A stretch of 60,844 nt of DNA, filler included, from Asterionella formosa (Eukaryota): assembly GCA_002256025.1 (NCBI GenBank). It is 10 parts of 10 records of this genome, joined end to end, with 100 filler letters (N's around TTAATTAATTAA, not from the genome) between each part and the next. Parts side by side here need not be neighbours in the genome. Positions count along the whole stretch, not along the records: positions 48,792 to 54,771 come from NKIB01012866.1; positions 54,872 to 60,844 come from NKIB01012867.1; 8 more parts are not named here. One strand, given 5' to 3'. This document shows, piece by piece, positions 52,017 through 60,844 of the stretch. The notes under the pieces are model-generated. The model searched no databases, was not told the DNA's origin, and saw only the letters and a program-made list of their open reading frames with translations. The first letter of the stretch is position 1. Each line of letters begins with the position of its first letter. The position numbers and the translations under genes were made by a program.

Positions 52017-53532
52017 ATGGAACCGCATATTGAACCAGTCACACAAACGCAAACAACAACTGTTGATGTGAAGACCACTGTATATCAAGATCGACCCACC
52101 ACCTTCAACAATACAATGCAGTCTCTTGCTACAGATACTGAAGTCGATCGATTTGTTGACTCCCTCATACTTCCTGATGACTTTGTGCTTGATAGTGAAA
52201 GGACAAAGGTGATTTTCATCAAAGGTGTTGCAATGAAGCAGATCTCGGTCAAGGTTCTCCGAAAAATTTGCGTCAGATGCAGAGTTTCTGGATACAAAAA
52301 TGCGAAGAAGGCCTTCACTGTTGCTTTGATTGCTCGACTTTTGAAGAGAGACAGCTTGTCACAGAGGATATACCCTAGATCTTTCATTGTCAATGAATCA
52401 GACATTGAATTGGATAGTGATAGTGATAATGATAATCACGAAGATTCATCAATTAATGATGAGGAATTCAAAGTCGATGAAGATTGCGAAGATGATAATG
52501 ATGAAAGGAACGACAAAGTTCAAGAGTTAACAGCAGTGCAGCCACATGAGTCTTTGGTCGATCCTCACTTTGAACAAGAGGAAGTGAACCCTCCTGTAAA
52601 AGAGGCGAAAAAGAATAAGGCACAGGCAAAGTCAACCCCTCCAGATGCTCTGACCTGCATCAACACATACTTCCGTGTCATTAATGTCTACATGTGCAAC
52701 AAGCATCGCAGTGATGTTTTGCGTCTAGGTCAGCCACCAATTCTGGCTGAACTTGATGCAAGAAGATTTCGACACAAGTTCATTTTTGATCGACTTGTTG
52801 TCACATATAATTATGATGAGGATGATGACTGCATCATTCTAGCATTTCCCGAAGATGAATACTGGGACCAAGTTGGAATTGATGCTGACTACGCAAAAAA
52901 ATATGATGTCCTCACTTCTAAAGACTTTTCATTGGTAATGGGATACATTAATCATCATTATCAAGTTGCCTATCGAAAAAACAAACAATCAGGCAATCAT
53001 GATGATTTTGTCAAATTTGTTGGGTCACGTCATTTCCTATATTACTACCATCTTTGGTTGTGTCAAGTTCCACATCTATTGAATTTTGCTGTACCACTGT
53101 TACCAAAATATGCCTTCCGTGAGAGTATAGACATTGACGATACTGCCACCACATTGTCATCAAAATCAAAATCTTCAAGCTTTTTCAGTGTTAGAAAGAA
53201 GGGAAGACATGCAATCTTGACGCAAAAACCTACATCATCTTCTCAAAATCTTGCAAGTGCATTGGAATCATTTGAGAAGTCAAATGTTGCAAAACTCAGA
53301 CTGCTAGAGTCTACAACTGCACCACGCAGAGCGAGAAAATGATCTACTGGATTTCTTGGATAAGTATAAGGTCCGACTAAGAGTTGCGCGGGAGGAACTG
53401 GAAGAACTCGAAAATAAAGATTATGACTCTTCAAGTTCTGACATTATCCAAGCTCGTTTAGAAATTGCATTGTGTAAAAGAAAGCGTGATCAGGTCTTCA
53501 ATCTCTTGTCTCAAGGTGACACATTGAAATGA
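52017..53532 (+). CDS. Accessory (putative DNA-binding) protein of the PIF/Harbinger element; apparent frameshift near 53325
   Basis: 441-aa ORF convergent with the transposase. A shifted frame continues ERENDLLDFLDKYKVRLRVAREELEEL...GDTLK* to 53532, 29 bp from the transposase stop. Confidence 0.65.
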
Positions 53533-53561
53533 ATAATTTTTTTTCAACAATCAATTATAAT

Positions 53562-54771
53562 CTACATTAAATTTAATTCATGTAATTCCAACATTTTTCT
53601 TTCAATATTACCTGGAGGTCTTTGCAAACCCATGTTAGCAATTCTTTCAAGAATAACATCTCGAATGACAGAAGTACCAGGCATTACATCCAATTTCTCA
53701 ACCGTTGGCAAATATCCCCAACCAAGTGGAGAAATGTAGACTGGGGTGATTTCAGCTAAAATCTCCTGGATGTCATCTGCCTCATCACTTCCAGATAACC
53801 CAGAAATATCCTTATCAACTTTATTTTCGTCTATGACATAATTGTGCAAACGTGCACATACTCCAAGCCAGTTGTTAAGTTTCTTTTTAGAACAGCCCAT
53901 TTTTTCTGTAACAAACCAAATGCCATCTCTATCCTAATCCGTAGCTGGGAAAGAAAGAAATTATAGGCATCTTGTGTTTGGTCATCACGCTGAGAACCAA
54001 CAAATGGAACTAACATGACATCTGACAATGTATATGCTGCATCACCAACAAGATAAAAACCAGAATCAAATAATGCAGTTTTGTTGGGTAGAGCAGTTCT
54101 CTCAAATGCAACTTGATCACTGCATCGTCCAGGAGCAATCACCCCAAAAAATATAAATCTACTCTCAACATCACAGATAGCCTGAACATTGATACCATAA
54201 GTCATGTAATGTCCAGAATAAAAAGCTCCTGGATTGTTTCCACAGTCACGTAGCGTGGGGCGACTAATTGTGGCTAAAAAACCATCAATAGCACCAACAC
54301 ACCCTCTGATCAACCCTTCTGTACCCTTTTGTTCAAAGGCTATAGCCAATTTCACCAAATCACTCCTTGTTTTAGGAAATATAATTTTCAGATAATCACA
54401 GTTAAGCACGGCTTCAAGAAATAAATCTCGGCATCTATAGATTGAAGCTATGCTACATCCATAGGCATGACAAATGTCAATGTAGCTGCCTCCAGCCAAC
54501 CATCGAATGCCAATGGCCAGCAAAATTTCTGGGTAAATGGGAGTAGCTGTACCGCACTTGGAGAAATTTCCAATGACATCACTCTCCAGTAAGTAAACCA
54601 ACTTCTTAAAGGCTCGAAGGGACATTCTATAAGTCTTTTCAAATGCGTCCTCATGACACAGCTTCTTGACATGAGAATGCCATGACATTCTCTCATGCTC
54701 CCATTTCGCCTTCCTCTTTTTAACTTTCGTTTCAGCCTCCAGAGCCAGATGACAAAGGATAAAGAATTGAT
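53562..54771 (-). pseudogene. PIF/Harbinger DDE transposase with one frameshift, 5' end cut by contig end
   Basis: IRWLAGGSY, GCVGAIDG, INVQAICD, LVGDAAY, YNFFLSQLRIRIEMAFGLLQKKW, then a frame change near 53880 to CARLHNYVID. Confidence 0.93.
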
Positions 54772-55031
54772 NNNNNNNNNNNNNNNNNNNNNNNNNNNNN
54801 NNNNNNNNNNNNNNNTTAATTAATTAANNNNNNNNNNNNNNNNNNNNNNNNNNNNNNNNNNNNNNNNNNNNAACCAAATGTATATAGTACCGGAAATACC
54901 AGACATTCGTTGCTTCAACGGGCATGTTACCAGCATAGCTGTTGATGAAACTCGCGACAATTTAAATGAAAAACGCAACAATCAATTGACGCACATGCAC
55001 TCATCGTCCTACCGTCCCTTTCCAACCATAG

Positions 55032-56047
55032 AAACGTCATCGCGGAATTCTGAAGTGATTCATGCAGGCCTATACTATCCGAAAGACTCGCTCAAATCCA
55101 AGTTTTGTATCAATGGGAAGTTATCAATTTACGATTATTGTAAATCGAGAAATATACATTTCAACAACTGTGGCAAGCTGATTGTTGCTACACGAAAAGA
55201 ACAACTACGCAATGAAATAGCTAGGATACAGGATCATGCTACGGGGAATGGGGTACGCTTGGAGTTTCTAACTCCCGAACAAGTACAAGAGTTAGAGCCC
55301 AACGTGACATCCGTTGGAGCTTTGTGGAGTCCTTCGACAGCAATCATTGATTCTCATTCGTTCATGGTTTCACTGCTGGCGGACGCGGAAAGCAACGGTG
55401 CAACGTTGGCACTGCACAGTCACGTAGAAGGCGGTAGTGTGGAGCAAGGCAAACTGCAACTCACTATAGATGGGATGGATCTACAGTGTGATATATTAAT
55501 CAATGCAGCTGGCTTGTGGGCTTCCGAGATTGCACAAAAGCTTCACAGTGAATGGAGACCTCCTCGACAATACTTTGCCAAAGGCAATTATTTCAGACTT
55601 AGTGGTGTTGGATCTCCATTTTCGAGGCTTGTCTATCCAGTCCCTGAACTAAATGGTTTGGGACTACATGCCACAATCGATTATTCAGGAAATTTAACAA
55701 AGTTCGGTCCTGATGTTGAGTGGTTACATGCAGACACTCTACCTGATGACATTGATTTGAAACCGTCGCCTGATCGAGCAGACGCATTCTACAGCGAAGT
55801 ACGTAAATACTGGAATGCCATACCGGACAACTCCTTGGTGCCTGACTATGCAGGGATTCGCCCAAAACTGCACCATCCTAATGTAATCACAACCAACGGC
55901 TTTGTTGACTTTCAAATAGACGGTCCTGAATCTCACAAGATTCCTGGTCTGTTTCATCTATTTGGAATTGAAAGTCCAGGTTTGACTAGCAGCATCGCAA
56001 TCGGAGAACACATTGGAAATATTGTGGATGGTCGGTGGCAAGGGTAA
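55032..56047 (+). CDS. L2HGDH: L-2-hydroxyglutarate dehydrogenase (FAD-dependent), 3' exon only
   Basis: After a ...ccatag acceptor: ETSSRNSEVIHAGLYYP, CGKLIVA, INAAGLWA, LVYPVP, GLGLHAT, FGPDVEW, YAGIRPKL, GIESPGLTSS. The N-terminal GxGxxG exon is absent from this contig. Confidence 0.92.
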
Positions 56048-56188
56048 CGATCATCTTCCTTAGCTTTCATACGAGGCATTTAGCTGACTTTTTTTGCCAA
56101 ACATGTAGTAGAGAGTCACGCACCATGACGCCATGATACAATCAGAGAGATTTAATCCTGCTCAGTATTCGTTAGACTTTTACGGTAG

Positions 56189-57940
56189 TTATACAAATTT
56201 GTTTCTTGATCGAAAAGCTTCGAAAACGCTCTCAACGCCCATCATACCTACCCGACTTGCCAGGAAGTGCGGCACTAGCGACGAGCTAACATGACTAACG
56301 CTGGTAAGGTCGGTCATGTTTGGCTTTCCAGGAACAGGACGTAGGAGATTAACACCCCACAAAAGCTCACTTTTCCCTCCTTCTTGCACATGCCTTGTCG
56401 ACGTGTGATAACCAGCTCGTCCAGAGTTGAGCGATCGGCTCACAATCAGAAATGTATTTTCCTCTAGTTGACACATGTGCATCAAAGTCGAAAGAACAAC
56501 ATTTATGCCAGTAAAGGGCACTTTGGTTTGACTTTTGACGATCTTGGAGCCACGAATGCCCTGATCATTGCGGACAAAATGGGATTCCGGCCCCTGCTCG
56601 ATGACAAGCAAGTTGATGCGACCGAGACAAAAGCGATTGTATTCACTGGTACGAGAGCTGTCCCATAATAACTCCAGAAAGTCGAAGGGACTTCCAGGGA
56701 CTATCCCCCTGGAGAGAAATAGAGGAATTTCTGATTGAAAAGCATTTGATGACGTGAATTTGCCCGACCAAATGAGGGTTTCCTTTGACAAGCAGGAAGA
56801 CTGTCGCTTTAGGATCTTTCCAGTCGAACCCTCTGGCTTCCACTCAATTGAAAATACTGGATCTTCATCTTTGTGTATGGCTGTATGAATACACGTATTC
56901 ACCAGCGACAGTCCTGTGGTAGCCATACTTTCCAAGACTTTGGTAGTAAGCTCAGTGTTGGAAAATTCTTCCGACAAATCGATGTATAACACTGTCTTAC
57001 TTCGATCTGATCCCAGTGTTACACCAAGGTCACCTACTCGCAATAGATACTTGCTTATGTCAGATGGCGAAATATGCGGTTGTTCTTGTTCCTCCTCATG
57101 ATCCTCTTCTGTTGATTCTTGAATCGTTAGTGGAGACTCTAGACGAAGTCGATCGAGAAAGGATAGCTGTTCAGACGAAGGTTGACCGGCACTGTACGCG
57201 TATCGATGCTGAGATTCTTGCTGATTTGATTCCGACTGTACTTCGCTATTTCCACCGAATATCGGAGTCATCAAACCCAAAATTGTCCCGCCGACATTGT
57301 CCTTGACTTGACACACAACATGAAGTGCAATAGGTAGTGCATTTGTCATATGATGAATCAGCCCATCGATGAGTGAAAACGATGCCGTATCTTGTCCGCC
57401 AGTGGCAGTAGCATGCAAGGCACGATCGACAATCGAAGCAGTGGACGTAACAACGTTTGTGCACGTAGCAGCCACAAACCCAGTTGCAGAGGAAATGACA
57501 TGCAATGGGATGGTAACAGGTAGACAGGCAATATTCAGGGCCATCCCAGTTGAGTGCACAAAAACATCTCGGCTCGATAGCAGGAATGTTGACATTTCTT
57601 TTGAATGAACTAGGGCATTACCATGTCGAATCCATAGCTCGAGTGATTGATGGATATCTGTTTTGTCCCTCTGGTAGGAATTGTTTGTTCCTTGCCTCTG
57701 CGGCGACTCTGATACGAGTCCCTCCTTTCGGTCTTCATCATCTTCGAAAGTTCCGTAAAGCACGGTCGCATCGCCAGCTGATTCTGGAGTTCCTTCTTGC
57801 AAAGCGAGTTCTCTACCGATTTGATTGTCTTCTGGCATTGGTGCGGATACCGCTTGTCGGATGGAGGCTTTCTGCTCCTTTCCCGGAAAAAGACGAGGTT
57901 TCATGGATCGGGACCTTCGTCGTTCGACAAGGGCTCTCAT
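56189..57940 (-). CDS. START-domain (lipid-binding) protein
   Basis: 583-aa ORF with C-terminal START-like pattern SRGIVPGSPFDFLELLWDSSRTSEYN, TKVPF, FLIVSRS, SELLWGVNLLRPV, TDLTSVSHVSS. Confidence 0.75.
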   Translation of the reverse strand: MRALVERRRSRSMKPRLFPGKEQKASIRQAVSAPMPEDNQIGRELALQEGTPESAGDATVLYGTFEDDEDRKEGLVSESPQRQGTNNSYQRDKTDIHQSLELWIRHGNALVHSKEMSTFLLSSRDVFVHSTGMALNIACLPVTIPLHVISSATGFVAATCTNVVTSTASIVDRALHATATGGQDTASFSLIDGLIHHMTNALPIALHVVCQVKDNVGGTILGLMTPIFGGNSEVQSESNQQESQHRYAYSAGQPSSEQLSFLDRLRLESPLTIQESTEEDHEEEQEQPHISPSDISKYLLRVGDLGVTLGSDRSKTVLYIDLSEEFSNTELTTKVLESMATTGLSLVNTCIHTAIHKDEDPVFSIEWKPEGSTGKILKRQSSCLSKETLIWSGKFTSSNAFQSEIPLFLSRGIVPGSPFDFLELLWDSSRTSEYNRFCLGRINLLVIEQGPESHFVRNDQGIRGSKIVKSQTKVPFTGINVVLSTLMHMCQLEENTFLIVSRSLNSGRAGYHTSTRHVQEGGKSELLWGVNLLRPVPGKPNMTDLTSVSHVSSSLVPHFLASRVGMMGVESVFEAFRSRNKFV

Positions 57941-59478
57941 TGTTGTTGTCTTGTCGGTGGTCGATCTCTTGACTCTATAGTTGTCAATGCAATATCATGT
58001 CCCGGTAACACTTTCGAAGTAGGAGTAAGCAGATCGAAGCTGGAGCAACGGCCGCGATATGCGTTGTGGAGTCTTGGTACTGGTACCAGGGTACCGGTAC
58101 CTGGTACCTATTACACTCTACATGCTACGCCACTCGGATTTAAAAAACAAGCTGCCAACAACACAACAATAAGAATAGGTACCAGGTACCAGGGTACCTG
58201 GTACCGAATCGCTAACACATACGGTATGTTGGACGATGGTGTGAAGCATTCAAATCGGCTGCGTCACCATGAGGACGACGACTCACGTGTACAGTGCTAT
58301 ACTACCGGTACCGGTATGTACATAGACAGGAAGGTATCGTACCTGGTAGTTTCAAAGCCCTGCGGCAGGCGGGCTGAAACCAAAAAAGCGCGCAGATGTC
58401 GCAATTACCGCACCTATGTCCCGCATGAGTAAAAAAATTCTCATCGCCTGGTGCACATGGAGCACATCACGAACGACGCACATGTACAAACTCGAACATT
58501 TTTTTACTATCGTGTGTCATCTAGTCCTTGAAACGTGTACCGGTATGGCTTTTTTGGTGCAAAGTTTGATTGAGAACATTGGGTAGGCTCATGTAGACCT
58601 AGTACAAAAGATAACCCTAACCCTAAATTTCGGGCAAAAATACTTGTTTTTCCATGACAATGGCCTTAACTGACCTTCACTTTTCTTTGTTCCTTGCCAT
58701 GATCTCACAGATCCAGCACCGGTTCGAGCATTGTAAACATTTGGACTAATAGAATGTGTCAATGGCTCTGCAAGGGCACTCATTTTCATTGAGTATTTAC
58801 TGTTTTAACATTCTTGGTGTTGCCATCAGCACCAGCAATTAACTTGCTATTACTAAGTGAAATACATTGGACATTTGATCTGAGGTGGAGGAATGGACCA
58901 TGAGAATTATGATGAAACTCAAAACTAGAGAAGATAATAAATGCTAGAATATAATTATGAACATACAGTAGTAAATGGAAAGAGTAGCAAAGTTTGATGA
59001 TATAGCTGCTCCATTCCAAAATGTTTGTGGTGGAGCAGTACAATGCCTGAGTCCACCTTCTTGCACTTTGCAACAAGTATATCAAAGAATGTATGGTGAC
59101 TAACGAAGACCAAAATACATTGCATTTGAGATACAATTACCCAGCTTCTTTTTCTTTCCTCCAAAGATATTCATGGACAGAAGCATAGTGGTATGTCAAA
59201 TGTGTTGAGAACTCTCAAGTACAGAATATAAATTTGAATGGATACAAGTTACCAAATTTGGTCAACACAAACAAAAATTTTGGGATTTTGAGTACAAAAA
59301 TTTAGGTTATAATACACATGCAATAATATATTTTTAATCTCCAAGCACGCCCATTATTTAGTCCATCTCTGATCCAAGGAAGCAAAGAAAGAATAGTAAT
59401 AGAGTTCATTGTCGGAAAAACTACAGACTGACTGCTTCAGTGCTATTGCTTTCCCCATTTTTGCTTCCCCATCCTAAC

Positions 59479-60708
59479 CTAACGCTTGACCTTTTTATTG
59501 AGCCGGTCATTGTTGTACTCAGCTACACTCCTTTGATAACGATCCATATCCAAGGTAGCAATTTCCCTATAATATTGCTTCTTCTCTTCAGGTAATTCTC
59601 TCCAACGCTTTCCAATTAGCTTGCTAAGAGACGTAAACCCAATAGTACCATGTGTCTTCCGGTGAGGCCGTCTCTTGGTTCGGTCTTTTAGCAAATGTTG
59701 ATTCAAAAGTCGCTTTTTCTTGTTACCGACAGCTTCTTCTGGGATGTCTTCGCCTTTCTCTTCTAAGAGGACCCTTTCGCGCTCGTCACTGAAAAAAAAG
59801 TTATATGCCGAGAGAGGTCGAATCGGCATATCAGGTGCAGGCGATTTCTTGCCGTCATCCTCGGCATCCTTAACCCCCTCTGGATTTGCGAGATGGACTG
59901 CTTGTGCCATGGACGGGGCAAAAAAGCCTCCCATTGTGGGGTCGAATTGGCCTTGCATCATCATGGCTTGATTTGGGGCCATCATCATATGTGGAGGAGC
60001 CATCATCATCTGAGGCATCATCATTTGAGCAGATTGCATAGCCCCTTGTTGTTGTTGTTGCTGAGAGCCAGGAGGAACTGGGAAGAACATTTGAGGATTC
60101 ATTTGCATTCCATTGAAACTTTGTGGTATCATGAAGCGAGCGTTCATAGCCTGTAACTGCATGGCTTGGGCAGGTGCCATTGCAAAACCAGGTGGTGGCA
60201 TTCCATACTGAGAAGCCGGCATCATCATGGCAGAGCGCTGTTGGGCCGCTTGCATGTACATAAGGCGGCGTTTCTCGTCTTCCAGCAGGATCCTCCGTGA
60301 GATGGATGACTGGTCGCTTTGATTTTGACCATCCCCTCCTTGCTGATCTTGGTTGACATGGCCATTCTGCAAAAGTGCCTCTGTAGGAACGGGCTGCTGT
60401 TGTTGAGCGACGGCTATGGGTTGTTCAGCAAGGTCCTCGCTTGCCTTGTCCTTTAGGTTTGTTGGCTGTTGCTTTTGAGCAAAACTACCAGGGTTTTGAA
60501 GGTTGGGACAGGAATCGCCGATTTGTTGCTGCTGAACTTGGGGTACAGGTTCCATGATGGCTGCTGAAGCAAAAGACAAGTTTGTATGGGTCGGTGATTC
60601 CGGATTATTTATGTGACACTGGATTTTTCTAAAGAGTGAGAGGGTTACAGATGTATGATTTCTGTATTTACTGATCGTTGCCTTTTGTATCCAGTATTTA
60701 TATACCAT
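59479..60708 (-). CDS. HMG-box protein with Gln/Met/Pro-rich N-terminal region
   Basis: PIRPLSAYNFFFSDER...RPHRKTHGTIGFTSLSKLIGKRWRELPEEKKQYYREIA. The true start may be the ATG at 60555. Confidence 0.9.
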   Translation of the reverse strand: MVYKYWIQKATISKYRNHTSVTLSLFRKIQCHINNPESPTHTNLSFASAAIMEPVPQVQQQQIGDSCPNLQNPGSFAQKQQPTNLKDKASEDLAEQPIAVAQQQQPVPTEALLQNGHVNQDQQGGDGQNQSDQSSISRRILLEDEKRRLMYMQAAQQRSAMMMPASQYGMPPPGFAMAPAQAMQLQAMNARFMIPQSFNGMQMNPQMFFPVPPGSQQQQQQGAMQSAQMMMPQMMMAPPHMMMAPNQAMMMQGQFDPTMGGFFAPSMAQAVHLANPEGVKDAEDDGKKSPAPDMPIRPLSAYNFFFSDERERVLLEEKGEDIPEEAVGNKKKRLLNQHLLKDRTKRRPHRKTHGTIGFTSLSKLIGKRWRELPEEKKQYYREIATLDMDRYQRSVAEYNNDRLNKKVKR

Positions 60709-60844
60709 GCAAGTGGATGGGCAATGGCAATCGTATATCGAGGCTATTGAAATGAGAGTTTACAATTGCCGTGTTCTGCCCTTTGTTGTTCCTCTGCTTG
60801 CTGTTTCCTCCAGCTTCGTGTAGACTGTGGTATTGCCTCTATGA

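Noticed and set aside
6011..54871. Regularly spaced TTAATTAATTAA every ~6.1 kb as a biological periodic element
   Set aside because: Always embedded in identical N padding between length-sorted contigs; it is an assembly concatenation linker.
54878..55031. N-terminal extension of the L2HGDH ORF
   Set aside because: Lacks the FAD-binding GxGxxG and ends at a pyrimidine-rich AG acceptor; probably intron.
57797..58432. 211-aa plus-strand ORF
   Set aside because: Overlaps the START gene antisense and runs through GGTACC arrays (VPVPGT, YQGTWY); likely spurious.

Overview
This window is not one locus. It is ten unrelated ~6 kb contigs, sorted by decreasing length and joined by artificial 100-nt N-TTAATTAATTAA-N linkers. 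The DNA is eukaryotic and most likely from a diatom or other stramenopile (GT-AG introns, diatom-style HMG box, CryptonS-like element, TTAGGG repeats). Host genes: a 2OG-Fe(II) oxygenase, TM9SF/EMP70, a PPR-like organellar protein, adenosine deaminase, an unknown coiled-coil protein, L-2-hydroxyglutarate dehydrogenase (partial), a START-domain protein and an HMG-box protein. The rest is mostly decayed mobile elements: two Ty3/Gypsy fragments, a DIRS/Ngaro-like tyrosine-recombinase retrotransposon, a Crypton-like recombinase between 73-bp direct repeats, two PIF/Harbinger elements, two members of an IS630/Tc1/mariner-like family with a shared unusual N-terminal domain, and a TTAA-flanked non-autonomous element. 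Two contigs (12223-18229 and 18330-24334) are near-identical copies and carry a decayed spliced gene family that recurs, inverted and diverged, at 39-40 kb. The most distinctive unexplained signal is dispersed palindromic (GGTACCW)n micro-arrays. I found no complete multi-gene novel system. Neighbourhoods that cross a linker carry no biological meaning.
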